Positions 1-14,500 of a DNA stretch of 64,000 bases are shown here, piece by piece; within the stretch, counting starts at the first letter, position 1; each line of letters opens with the position of its first letter. This stretch comes from Catajapyx aquilonaris (lineage: Eukaryota): contig JYFJ02000329.1 of assembly GCA_000934665.2 (NCBI GenBank), positions 62,001-126,000 of the forward strand, read 5' to 3'. The notes under the pieces are model-generated. The model was not told where the DNA came from. It did no database searches and worked only from the letters and a program-made list of their open reading frames with translations. The position numbers and the translations under genes were made by a program.

Positions 1-3000
1 ATTTTAAGCTCGGTTTTCCCTCCTGGCTTTTTCCAAATGGGGAGCTTCCAGCACTGAAAATTATACCTCATTACCGGTCCGACGAAGTTGTTTGCGAAAT
101 GTCCCCAAATAACGCTGATGCAATGTCCTATTTTCTCTGCGTAAAAAAGTGTACCGGAGCCGGGGTTGTTATTCGTCGGAGAGTAATACAGGCTACAGGC
201 GACTATAGTCGAATCTTCTCAATTAGTATTGCCTTCGAGGAAAATATAGATCGCTTTTTGAGAGCAGGGGCGAAAGTGTTCGATATTTTTTTGTGAGTTG
301 AATCAACAAGGCCGCTAATTAGAGCCAGATTTTTCGTGCCGAACAGAAATAATAATCATAAATAGGCCTAATTGTTAAAACTACCATGAATTATACATAT
401 ATCGGGTAAACTTAATTTCAGCTCATATTTATTTCATTGCGTCCTTTCTATCAGCAACCCTTTGTTATACTGTAGAGCACAGCTATCCAAATACTTTTGT
501 ACTCTAATAATGAACAAGAGAATCGATTTTTGAAACATTAATAATTCTTTTCTTACTAACAGTAATATTGTCCTCTACTCAAGCACATGCTAATACGTAA
601 TATTAAATGCTAACTCAGGCTTGCTGTGTACAGAACTCCCAGCCTATTATGAAGCAGTTCTAAATATTGCAAAGGCAAACCTAAACAAGAATAAATTCCA
701 ACATCAAAATCAATTACATTGTGTAATTGACCTCAAACCATCACAAATGCACTGCACAGTCAACTATATCGCTTTCAACAACAAAGGCACAGGTATAGAC
801 GTATAATTGGTTCTCTAACTGGTAGGATATATACCAGTGGTTGTTATAACAGTTGGAAACGCTATACCCACAGAGCAAGGCAAATGGGCGCACAGCGTTA
901 TGACGCAAGAGATACGGAGCAGAGATTTATGGCCTTTCTGACTTGCTTTGATGTGAGCTGCTGCTGCGGTAAGGCAGGTCAGCAAAAGAGGAGTCGGCTA
1001 ACTGCATCAAAACTGTAGCATACCTAGCAGAACTATATAAAAAAATAAAAGCACTGCTTGTGTTTGGATTACGCGATTAATAATTCTCATACAGCATGAT
1101 GATATAGTGGAAAACAATTTTTTTGCATGTCTATACCGCAGTTATTATATTTCTCACTTCTCTGCTTCAAAAAGGAGATGTTGAAAATGTTATTCGTAAC
1201 TCTCTCGCATAAATGACTGCAGTGAAACCGATTGTGGTGTAAGTGAGAAAATGTCCTGATGACACATCACTATTATAACAACTTCAGCGATTTATTCAAT
1301 TAAGCTGTTAAAGTTAATTTTAAAATAAAGCTGAACTGCAACCATATTATTGCTATGCTCTCGAACAGTCGCAACCTAATTTATTAGAATATAACCTCTT
1401 TTTTAAGCCAACTGACTCCTACGTCTAAAGGCACATTAGAGGCACGTGTGCTATACGCTATTGTTATGGTGGCGCCCGCATTGGGCATTAAAAGGCCAGG
1501 CGACGAACATGACATACCACTTTTCAGAGACGATGTGTGTAGGGCTATGGGTCAAAGATACGTGACGTCACTCAGAATCACATTAGTCACCGACTGGCAA
1601 CGCTCTACATTCCACAAAAAAGCTACGATACAACGCTTATCAAAAAGGCTGGTAGGATATCCGGAATGTAAATGATCAGTGTACGGAACTCGACTAAAGT
1701 AAAGATTCCTTTTAATACTCTCACTATTTACAAATCTTTCATAGTGAAATCCCACTCAGTCTAAAGAGTCTACTTCAGGTCCTCAAGAATATTGGAATAA
1801 AAGTATTCTCTCATACTTCAGTCTGTACAAGTGAAAACTGAAATGTAGATTGTACAGTATAATCTGGCAAAGTGATTCTATATTACATTTTCCTAGTACT
1901 GTACACTGTACAGTATCTCTTCTATCTTAACTTTCCCAAAGTTCGAGTGCAATATATAGCATGTTATAGGGCTTTGCGTCTCCACAAAAAAGATCAAGTA
2001 CCCTGTTCAAGAGAGAGGAAAGTCAGGTGGTTATTGATTGATTACTCCAACAGTAAGTTTAAGCTGAAGCGACAATCATGGCAAGTGAAATGTAAACCTG
2101 ACTGTTTCTTCCACTGCGTTGCTTCTCCTTCACGGGTTGTTGGGGGTAAACAATCCTCAACGTATCCGGCCTCCCCTAGTTGAACTTCTAGCCTTATGAG
2201 CACGGCTCTAACAAGCTCACTGAACACTTCGATATACTGCTCACCTGTGTCACCATCTTGTATTAGAGTCATCAAGGCTATGAATGTTCAAAACTTGTTG
2301 GCACAAACGCTTACAAGTCTAATAACACGAATATGAGTGCAAGCTAGGGGAATCAATTTCAGAATATTTTACATTCCTGATGTACAGTGTTAACCAGTTC
2401 AGAGGGCGTTATTAACACACCACCTGCAATTTTCATATATTGCACCCATATTTTCCATTGTATTCCCTCCCTTTATAACAAGCATTGTGAAACCCACATG
2501 AATGCACAGTACATTACACACAATACAAAGAATACAATATATAAGCTACCTATGTCATTAGTGATGAGCAGTCGAGAGAAAAGAAAAAAAATAGATAGAG
2601 AATACCCTAACTGCAGTCGCGCGGACGGAGGCTCATCGGTCGACTTCATTATACGCCGAGTGATATCGTGACAAACGGCCGGAACAAATCCGACCCAAAT
2701 GGCTGCTGGAGCGCACGTCTCCAAACTTGGTAAGAAGAGAAAGAGAAAAAAAGCGCGTATAGTTTCCACAAAAAGGACGTACTAGAGCCCACGCAAAGAA
2801 ATGATTAAAGGAGACCAACCAAGCCAACGTAATGGTTCGTGGAAGACATGCAGCCTCCACGTCTCGTCCTGACGTCCCCAGCACATATTAGTGCAAAGCT
2901 CTTGTATATAGTTGAATCCTCTACCACTTTCAAGTGCCCTGTCACATTGTTGCAAAACACTGAGAGAAATTGCATTTTTTGGACATAAGTTATGTTATGC

Positions 3001-5435
3001 TATATTACGGTATCATGCTCTGCTTAGCAGGACCTGAGTTCGGTCTCTCATGTATACAAATGGTCCCATTTCAGTTAAAAATATGCCACATTAGTTACAT
3101 ACGAAGCTATCAAAATATTGGCTACTATACTGGCACTATACTGATGTAGCTAAAGTAGATCTACACTTGAGAAAGTTGCATCTTTTATTTGCTATTAGCA
3201 CGAGCTAATTCGCTAGATTACAACTTCGTGTTGCAACAAATCTAATCGAAAAACCGCCCATTTGGTGTGGTCAACCGACTATCTGTGCGAATGTCCAACG
3301 TTCTGGAGTAAGTGACACTGCAATGGGGGCGTGACCGCTCATTTTAAAGTTCTGGATTGGAGCGTACAGAACAACCTGTGAAAATATGACATTGACATGA
3401 GCAAATTTTTGGAAGGCAAATAACAACAAAAAAACACCGTAAGTTTGCAATTACTATGCAAGTGATTGAAGAACTTTATGTTCTGCAAATTAATTCCCGT
3501 GGCGCAGGAGGGTGTCTTCCAGTGTAAATTGCTGCTTGGAAAAGAAAAAAAAAGTGGGGAGTTTATAATAACAACACAATCCGTAGGAAAAAAAACCTCA
3601 TTAAACTTCTGTGATGAGTTCGCTTCTGTTGATGCCAGGTAATTACATTTGCTGGAAGTTTGCACCTTGGTTATTAGATTTATGAGTACAATGACTGTAT
3701 TAATAGCCCTGGAATTGGCAGCCATGGTGTCAATCCCTCCACAACACGGATAGGTGCAAGGGGGGAAAAAACGATGGATATAGTTCACTTCCTGGCAATT
3801 AAGGACATGTTCCCACATTATGTCCTGTAGGGACCGCTACCTGTGTGAAAATATTTACAGGGTGATCAATGACATCCAATCAGAAAGCTGGCAGTTGGTT
3901 AAGACTGATTGAATGGCTTAAATTCAGAATCTAGCCCAGTCCCGCCATGACTCCAAAGCTGAACAGATTTATCGCACTAATTACGTCAGCTCAGTGTACT
4001 TCAAAGTGACGGTAGCGGATTCAACAAGGGTCATATTAGAGACCATATAGAGGCAGGGTCCATTATGAACTACATCATGCCGAAGCCACTTCAGCAAGCC
4101 CTCTTGATTATGGCCAACGAGCATGGGCATTAATCACGAAACAAAATTCTAATTGAGTTTGCGCGCTTATGCGAAGCGGTTAGAGGGGGGCGATTTTTTT
4201 ATTTTTTTTATTTTTGGAAAATATTAAATGACCATCATTTACCTCTGGAGAACGTTCGTCAGTCGACCAGCCAACCGTCCTTATCCTAACCGACAGGTAT
4301 TGATTTTAATGCAAAGCACCTGCCTGCAGTACTAATTCCTCATGGCGTATCACACTTTGATCTATTTCCGGTGGGATGATGGACCCACTTCCCCCCCTCT
4401 CCCCACTCAACACCCTCCCCCCTCCAATATTCCCATCCACCCCTTCCACAATCACACGTAATCATGTCAAGGAAGCTGGGACACGTTTGGCGTACGTTTC
4501 AATATATCTCATTTGGATGCCTGTACCAGGGACCATCTTTGCTCATTACGCCTTCAGTACGTGGCACTCAGGATATGATGCACTGTGTGTATCGGTGCCA
4601 TTTTGATCATTAGTTTGAGTTTGTCTGCCGGCAGCTTTTGAATTGGAAAGTAGATGAAGTTACATGTTTACTGCTATCATGTCAGCAACTGAACAACTGG
4701 AAAGTTTACAGTATTTTTCTTCAAGATCGGGATGGTGAGTATTTGACAGTGACCCGCACTGACACTGAAGAACATCAGTACTCAAACCATTGTAGGATTC
4801 ATTTAAAAATATATGTACGCTCTGTAAACGTACTACATCGCCAATTATTCATGCTGTCAATTGTTATTTTGTACATCCTGCTAGTGCCATTTTATGCGGT
4901 ACATCATGTGTATAGCAAGTGAGAAATGTTCTGCATGTAGCGGCACTCGCAGGATAAAAGAAATGAGTGTGTAATAATATGTTCGGCCGACAGTACGCTG
5001 ATTTTTTAAGCGTTTTGAAGTGCACAACAGGCTAATTCAACCGAGATAAGCGACGAGATAAGAAGTCTTACTTGATACAAATCTACACATACGAGCCATT
5101 AGAGCAGCAAAATGATTGGTGACAAAAGCTCCTGTGCAATATTTAGTACACGCTACCTTATTATGGGCATTCTAAGAACCACCTAGTGTGACAACCTGAT
5201 TACGTCAAGATATCACGACCCGACCTGATAATTTTGTTGTAATAAAATCAGCACAGGCAAGGATGACTGACGGAACTACGGATGTGCATGTACGGGAGGG
5301 GCAATGTTCAGAATATTAGTGTCACCGAAACAATATGGGTATATCTACCCTGCACGCAATATGTCGTATTACCTTCTTATTAAGCCGTCAGTGTACTGAT
5401 TTCAATTTCATGCTCGAGTTTCTCTTCTCTATATA

Positions 5436-5585
5436 CAGGGTGTTCCACTTTTTGATAAATCTGATATCGCCGGATAGCAGTTATTTTTTGTAGCTTGTTG
5501 TGCCTGCACAACAAGTTACAAAAATAACTGCTATCCGGCGATATCAGTTATCAAAATGTAACCCACGAACCTATGGAACACCCTA
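5436..5585. mobile_element. Tc1/mariner-type MITE forming a near-perfect hairpin
   Basis: Ends CAGGGTGTTCCA...TGGAACACCCTA (1 mismatch) flanked by TA on both sides. The internal arms (ctgatatcgccggatagcagttattttt...aaaaataactgctatccggcgatatcag) are almost perfectly complementary. Confidence 0.75.
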
Positions 5586-8500
5586 TAGAATCTCATCGAG
5601 CTTCTATCTTCATGCACATAGGCCAGCTCTTTAAAATGAGGCTTTCATCCAGGTTTACACAGTAGGAGGATCACATGCAAAATTACATGGTAATTTACCA
5701 CCTGCACTAGTTGGAAAAAAAATCGTTTTTCTCAACTGTAATTTACGTGAGTTTGTACAATGATGCTGCCGGTATATTAATTCATGGAGATGTAGTTTTT
5801 CATTCGCACAGGTCTCTTCCCAAGTGTAAAACATTGTTAACACCATGTAAAATGTACTTAAACAATATTTATTTTACACAGAGAATCTATATTAATTAGA
5901 ATTACAAGTTTTACAGCAGTGGCACTGTTTTAGACACATTTAAAGCAATTATTGACCCCTTCCCTTGTGACTAGACAATATTGAATGAATAATCTATTGC
6001 TTTAAGACTGCTCTCTGAAAAACTCAAAAACTCCATTACGTAGGCTAATAAGTTGTCAATTCTACCAGGAATTGAGGTACACAGTTTGTACGAAAGCGTC
6101 ACGCTGCCTACAGTCATCCGGCATTGTTTTATTCTGTTTGATATTATACTTTTCAGAAGGACGGAGTTATATGGAAATAGCTACTTTCCAATTAGCAGGA
6201 TGCTCATGAGATTCGCCCACAACAACACCGTTCCCGTCCCTCAAAGTTGGTCTGCATGACCTGCATGACCTGCATGACATAACAAAATATTTTATATGGG
6301 AATAATCGCCAACTCTCACTCTAGACAAAATTGTCAAAATATGCAAAAATTCGATCGGTATGTTGTGTGTTGACAATAAATTCCTCCATGTAATAATCCA
6401 GTAAATAAACCGTGATGTTTTGCACCCCACTTAACACATGGGTTCAAAACTTGGAAACGCACGATCATGCATGCACGCAAATAAGAAAAAAAAAGGTAAA
6501 CCAACGGATGTTTTGCAGAAAATTACGTAACAAAAACACCACAGTCGTCTGCAATCTTATCTCCGTAGGCGTTGACATCCCCACAAAAAAATGGGCATAT
6601 AAGTACTCGTTTCGTCTGGACACCATAAATTGTACTGAAACCAGCACCTAATCCTAAACCTCCGTGAACATAACCGTTGATCACGCAGCATCCTACACAC
6701 ACTGAGGGAGCTCCTCTTTTGCACTGACCAAGGACGTTACCAGATGCTAAGCAGGCAGTTGAGGGTTGAAGACCCCCAACCACACCCTCTCAATCAAACT
6801 TCTCACGCAATCGTTTAGAATATGTAGGATGTATGTTGTTTCATGGACGTCCATCAGTTGGCGCGTGTCGCACATACGCTTGGAATGTGTGCTGGTCCAC
6901 GATACTATACGTATGCTGTTTTTTGAGTGACACGTGAATTGGTGTTAGTGGTATGTGCTTGCAGGGGCCTGATATCTGCAAGGGGGAAATGTCAGTCGTG
7001 TTTTCCAGGGAGATGTCAGTTCACAATGGCGACTGTGGTGTGCATACCTTGGGGAAGATTTTTTTTTTGGGACCGAAATGTCATGTCACTTGAAACGTGC
7101 TGGACGACGTGAAGAGCTGAAAGTTAATTAAACTTCAAATGAGCGGTTTATTTATGTGGGTGTTGACATATACTCAACTTCTTTTAGAGTCAAAAAATCT
7201 CTAGATAGTACAATTTCAAAAGGGAATGCTTCACTTTTTCCTGTAAAACTCTTTGAAAATTTATGCACATGCACTTCAAATACTTCACGTACTTTGGTTC
7301 TGAGCATTCAGGTTAATCCCGGAGAGATTTAACCTGAATTTTACGTCACAAATTTCGTTTTCATTCCGGATGTGTAGGCGGGACACTATACATATATGGG
7401 AGTATAAAAATCAATAAGTTCATAGAAAAAATGTGAAGCAACAGAATCCAACTGCTGTAATTAACGGATATTGGAGAAGTACAGTACATATTATAGGGTT
7501 AATTAGAAAAGGATGGACGTGGTTAAAATTTTATTCATTATACCCTGCATAATCAACTTTCCGCTGATTTCTGTATACTTTATTCCGCATGCCAGAAACA
7601 CAGGTACTGTGCTTTTTAAAGTCCTACTTGAGAAAGCATAAGAAGTATCCCTGAAGAGCCATACATGCCCAATATACTCCAGCATCCCTATACACACAAG
7701 ACAAAAAGTATGATTATAACATGCAGTCCTAATGAGATGCTTTCAAAAATAATCATCTCTATCGACTGAAGCTATACGCATAAGTTAATCACCACCTGTT
7801 CTTAGTGCCAGCAGAACCGTCTTCCGCCAATCGTACCCATCAAGTAAATATGGTGCCTACCAGTCCGGATTCCAGACAAGGATGCGTCTTCCGCTACAAT
7901 CTTGACAATATTATGTAGACACCAGTCCTCTTGTTGACGTTTATAGGGTTTTATCATCAGATGAGATATCGTCTGGGTCAGGGTGGAAAGCAGGACTATA
8001 AATTTTACAACAAGATACTCCAACATGATCTGCCCCGATTGTCTTAGTAGTCAATTTTTCTGCATTATGTTACCCTCCAGGAAGAGTTCGTATTTCTGCG
8101 GAGGGAATAGTGACCTTCACCTAACCATGCCCGGACTCATCTGGCCTTATTCGTAATTGAACTGTCTTTTTTTCTTGTTTCTAAAACAATGTACTATGCT
8201 TCTATCGCTCTATGGGGAAATCCAAATGCGTATTGGATAAGTTCATCCTTTTTCTCTGGAATTAAACAAAACTTTAAGTGCCACGAACACGGTTTCTGGG
8301 GGCCCCTATTATCTACCCCTATCTCCCCCATTAACTGTGTACTTGAGCAGAGCATCACCCTGCGTACTCTACATTTCAACTCTGCGCGTAGGGAGCATAT
8401 CATTAAAATGTCGGGTGTAACTTTTCGTCCGTTTCGTCGATCTATCATATAGAATCGACAGTGGAAATGATATGGCCTGGCACACTTTTTTTTTAACTGG

Positions 8501-11500
8501 ACATATTCCGCTCACCAGTTCGTATGAATCTCATAGCACCTTTGCAAATTGCATGGGTATGTAGAACCTGAGATATTTACAGTAAAGTGGTCAAAAGGTG
8601 AGTGCAGCTCTACAGTCTTAATCTTTTATGACTATACATAGAACTGGCAGCGGGTCATGTAAACAGCATAAGCAATGCCATTTTAAAAAATTCTCATAGT
8701 TTAATTACACTGCACTGTATTCTGCGTAGGGTTCCCTAATTAGAATGCATCCCAGACTTGATCCCACAGGTGTTTACTGTATACAGTAGTTCACAACTCT
8801 AATTAGGCCTCAATTCTAATTGGTGGTGCACTCCCAAGCTAGTTCAAAGGAAGTAGGTAAAAAAGTGACCAGTTGTTTACTCCAACAATCAGTTTAAAAA
8901 TAAGCAATTCGTCGGAAAGAACCAACGGGACTACATTAACTCGTGATGATCATCAATTCTCGTTAACCTGCTGGGTGCTGGAGTTAACAATCAACAACTT
9001 ATCCTGTATCATAAAGATGGATAGGTAGTATCAAGCATTATAGGAAGCAACCCATCCATACTTTGGTATGCAATGTCATTTTGTATCTTGATAGAAAGAG
9101 ATGGCGTGTCTCCAGAACTGAAATATTAAATCAGAAAAATATTCAATATAATCACTTATTAATATTTAAGAAGTAAATTAAAAACTTCAATCAATGAGGA
9201 GGAATAACTCCTCGAGTAAAACTTCCAAAATTAAAATGACTACAGTGTAAAATTAATGTCATGAGAAATACACTTGCAGATGACAATTAATTAATGTTGG
9301 AAAGGACCAGTAGCTTACTCACAGAAGCTATGAAAATCATTTAATAATGAGGCTGAAAAATTCTCCTCCAACATGAACGAAACATTCTCCAGATGAGTAA
9401 TACATTAACTCCCCAAAATTGATAATGTACGAGTATATCACCATATTAATAAACATAACCTCTAAAATGTGTGCATTTCATTTAATTCATGTCCAATTAT
9501 TTGCTGATTGCGTGACTTTTACGGCGCATTGTTTGATGCATTGTGAGCATATTATATCCAGTTGGTGCACTAGATTTTGCCTGCTCAAATGCAAAACTCA
9601 GCAGCCCATATTGTATATTGCGCGAGCTCCCACGCACAAAGCTTTGTTTAGCTCAGTTGCTTAATTTGGTGTTGGATAACACATTTCTTTAGTAATGTGG
9701 CTTTTCCATTTCTCTGTTTGCCACCTTTGCTTTCTGACCCCAGTCGCCTTCTTCGGCATTAATAAAAAGTGAACTGTAGCAAATTAGGAGCGCAAAAAAG
9801 CAATATTCATCCTAAAATGAACTTTCAAATAATACCATTGCATTTTCTGCAACAATAGTTTGATATGCTAATATAATATTGCTTATTAACACTGGCCGGT
9901 AACGCCAATGTGTATATTAAAAATCTGTATAATAAGGCACACGCATGTGCAATATTGTTTGTGCGCTGTTATTGCACCCTGGCTAAAATGGAAACTGATG
10001 CGAAACACTCATTAATTTTCACAGAGCATAGCCTGTATCCAAATTGCACAAATTTTAAATTAACAGCAACACTATAACGAAAGCACGATTATATAGCAAT
10101 ATTAAATTATCAAATCAACATCGTGATGATGGCAAAGACGATCATTGTTTAATACTAATACTAATATTAATATGTATATTGATTAATATTAACAAATAAT
10201 TGATAACAATTCGGAATATTCGGAATCCTATGCACTGCATCAGTGTTCGACAAAATGCACATGGGATAATTAGGTGGGCGAAGGCAGCATAATCACCGCT
10301 AATGTACGAATCAAGCATGATGCGATAAGCATTTCAACCTGTCTATACTGAAGAGTCATTCATAATGTCCAGTAGTAGCGTATCTCAATAACTCACCAAA
10401 ACCTTCGGACATACTAACTTCTTTTCTTCAAAGCATTGGTTGTGGTGGATAAAACAAGACGCGGACATAGAGAAACACATTTTACGACTGATTCAGAGGC
10501 AAAACCTGTACAGTATTACAAACCAGCATACTCGTGATACATGTGGTTTCGTATATAAAACAAAGCACTAAATGTGCTTGTCATTTTTGCTATCATAATT
10601 CCTTTCCCGCTGAATGCAATTAGCAAGAATAACACCCATAACTTTCACAAGCGACAGATCTGCCTATCTGTATTTGATCTGTATAATTATGACTGAATCA
10701 TACATGTCGCCATATCATAAAATACAACAACGTGATCGACTGGGAGGGTCAATGTCTTTACCTTTTCACTTAATTCTTATTGTAAAATCTTTGGTTCGCA
10801 CTCTAATAGGAAATAAATTTTATACGACTTCTCCAAATGGAATACATATCAACTAGAAGCATATTAGCAAGAAAGCAATATTGACAGGAAGGATGTAGTG
10901 GCTGCTGTCATGAATAATAACACAATGATGCCTCCATGCTCAGCATTGTATTGGGAAAAAAGTGAGCTTATTGTGTGTTTCGTTACCTCATAACTTATGA
11001 CCTGCCACACCTTCCCCTGACTTTGCCACAATGGACAGCAACGGGCTAATCACACATCGTTATCTCAGGCACCCCTTTAGAAATCCGCGGCGAGAAGTTA
11101 AATAATTGATCAGCAGTCTCTCACGCTAAATGACAGTAGGGAAATTCGCCAAAAATATTGTTGGAAACTGACGCTCCACGGAACGAGCAAACCAAATCCC
11201 AAATGCAAACCTTCCGTACGAAACCTGCATTTAACATTAAAACCTGTCATATTCAAATAAGGTAAAGTGGTCTTGAAAACATGGCTCCCACATCCAAATT
11301 GCAGATACAAGAGCGTTGTACAGCATGATGTGCTGTTAAATGTTCAAACCCACATTAATCTCCAAATAAAATGGACCCACCTAGTTTTCCACCCAGTATA
11401 TCCACCACCTCCACGTACTTTCCACGTAAGCCATCAACAACTGCGACCCAAAGAATCCTTTGTGTTCAGGAAAGGCCAGAGCCATTTCTAAAGCGCCCTT

Positions 11501-14500
11501 TCGAAGGAGTTATTTCATAGGCTGTTGCGAGCGAGCTTCTCCGTATAATAATAAAAATAAAAAATACTTGCTCCGCCTTTGCCTTCCGAATTCTCTATTC
11601 TATTCATCTCAGCGGAATCTCCATGGAGATAAGGGAACTGCACAGTCATATGGATGCACTCAATGGCGTCCGAGTATTTGCGACAGCTAATGGCACCCTT
11701 GACATATAATGGGACCTGTAGGAGTCCGTCTCCAAAAGCGTCGACTACCTTCCAAGCCTCTTGGAAAACGATTCAATTAGTGCAGGTGTATATATACACG
11801 CAAATGGACCAGTGCTCAATTCAGGCAAACTTTCGATTCCAATATGGCGGCGATGGACAAATAAAGGTTACCAGTTGCAAACAAGACCAGCCGGAGGCAC
11901 GACCTAATCTTCTGATCATTTCAAATGGCAAAACCACCTTTTCACATAACCCTTCGGCATTCATGTATTTCTAAAGGCTAATCGCCATACAAAACTGGCG
12001 GGAATGCGCCAATCGAAATTATCAGATTATCTCGTGTACTCCGTCATACTTCGACGCAAAAAAAAGACCGACAGCCTGGTGTTGCGAATGAAACTCACAA
12101 TTCAACCACAGAGTGAGGATCTCGCAAAAAAATTTCCAGACTGACATCAACTGCTTGATAACAGTTAGAGGTCACATCGTATGTCAACCCCCAGCGCGAT
12201 TGCAGATGTATGAATACGACGCCACGTGACGTTTCGAATGGTGACACACACAAAAACCACATAAGCCTACATAACAATAATAACACCTCGAAAGGAACAC
12301 ACCAAACAGGCAGCTAGAATTGGCCAAGGTCACATTTCTAGAGTGTTTTTTTTTAACAAGTCGCGTCATAAATTCCCCGCACAATAAAAGTTTGTGCACC
12401 ACAAAATGCGTTCCATATAAGAGGATTTGGTTGAAATGTGGATTTCGCAGATTTTTAAAAACATACTGTACCACTTGTACGTGTGACCAGAAAAAGATTA
12501 CGGCCATTTGAATTCGCCTCTCTGCCAATGGGGAAAAAATGAACGAGTCAAAAAAACACAATATGACAAAATACAGAATAATATCCGGAAATTGCGACAA
12601 CAAACACGAGGTTCTCAGCTGACTGGCATATTCTTTCCCTCGACAGGCTCACATCACTACAATGGAGGCCAACGATATCAATGAAACTAAAGTGACTGAT
12701 CCAACGTAATCCAACGTGTACAAATAAATGTCAACATGGTAACAATTTGCTCGTCCAATAATACTTTGTCAGTTTGTTGACTTAACGCATCATTTACCAA
12801 TATAACAGTTCCTGTTGTCATTCGTGGACAGTAGCAATCGTGGCAGCTGGAGTGTTGTGTACGAACGTAGCTGTTCAGATAAGAGCCACCAAAATAGCAG
12901 TTAGCTAACAAAAATAGCCCGAATTCGTAATGGGACCGAAAATAATTATGAAACATATTGCATAAAGAGGCAACCACTCTGATACTAACTCTATATAGCA
13001 GGTGCTGCACTGCAAGAGCAATGGCTGCCATAATTAAAGCAGCTACAGCAAATGCTAGAAATAACATCCAGGAAAAAATTGAGACATGCTCGCATCAGGT
13101 AGAGAAATCCTCTTTCGCAATACGCCGCCAGAAATGTAGAGCAACACATACATTTCACCAGTATAATAACACCTATTTATAAACTGGTCGAACTTTTCCC
13201 CAGTCGATACCTGTCAATATATATTTTTTTCCCTCCCCGTCTCTTTTTCTGAAAAGACTTCAGTATACCCTCGAAGCTATACCGACACTAAGCTCGTTAG
13301 AAAGCAAGAAAAAAACCACATTTTCCATCCTCTATCACATCACACATCCAATATTTCCTTTTGAAAAAAAAAAAAAAACCCTCCCCAACATCCGATATTT
13401 CATCCTACCCTGTTTCAATATACGAAGGCCATTCAAATATCGTGAGCCTTCTCTTTTCTCGCCACGGGGGTTACTAGAGCATCAATGTCGACATCTCGGA
13501 GGTCATCTGCGACGTAAATACGGCAGTCAGTCTGCTCCTTTTTGCTCAGCGGATGGGATGGGTATAAGGTCAGATCCGGTCAGATCCCAAAAGATGATGA
13601 TCATGGGGCTATTCAACAGTCATAATCATTTCGGTGGATACCTGCTCGACTGGTTATACATTTGAGGGGAGCACTTCCAGGTTAATCATTCTTTACATCT
13701 TGTCTTCCTTAGAAAGAGAGTGAGCGAGCTTCACTAAGGCGAAGACCATTGAAAGGAAGAGAAACGAAAAAATGCCCGCAGGATAGATATACCCTTGGAT
13801 GCTGGATAGCAGTGTACGGTATGACTGGGGACGTGTAAAAGCTCCGTACGTGTATGAATAATAACGCGCACATTCGGCACACTTAATTCTCACGATTAGC
13901 ATATGCCTACATGCGAGAAATGGAGTGTTCTGGCGATACACTATATGTTTTCGAATACTGAGCTCTCTAAGGTCAATACTGATTTAATCGGGTATATTTG
14001 CATAACAAATGCCAGGGTAAATATCCTATACGTACGGTATGTTCGAAGAAATAACGTCTTCGTGATTCACCGCCTCTATTGTTGTACTTAGAATGTTGCA
14101 CCTGTAGTACCGTATGGTTTCAGTACGCGTTCAATTGAAAAGCCATATTTTCACACTCTGGTCGTGAGGCCTAATCCTGTCAATAAATATAATCGATATA
14201 TTTATCCTTCACCGACATATGTGATCACATGGACAAGGGTGGAGTAATTGACCAGCATTAATTCCACGACAGCCACACTGTCCATTCATTACCATTTGCA
14301 TCGCCTGCGTTTGAAGTGTATGGAATAAAACGCAGTCGATGCTGGGTCACCTGTTGCTGTATCGTACATGTGACTCTTTCGCAAAATGCTGTCCCTTTTT
14401 TTTCAGAGAAGGACGTATTTGAGGCACAAACCCGACCGGTTTCGCCGACGCTTTGCATGCAGCAGTTTGAGTTTCATGAAGGTGAAGTAGACATGGATGA

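Noticed and set aside
2042..10470. Scattered minus-strand GTGAG donor-like sites with short open frames (~2230, ~8512, ~10393)
   Set aside because: They could be small exons of a gene outside the window, but I found no homology or consistent phase to support a model.
12687..13941. Hydrophobic signal-peptide-like minus-strand ORF pieces (MLFLAFAVAALIMAAIALAV; FSFLFLSMVFALV)
   Set aside because: They could not be joined into a coherent spliced gene or a known family, and such stretches arise by chance in T-rich DNA.
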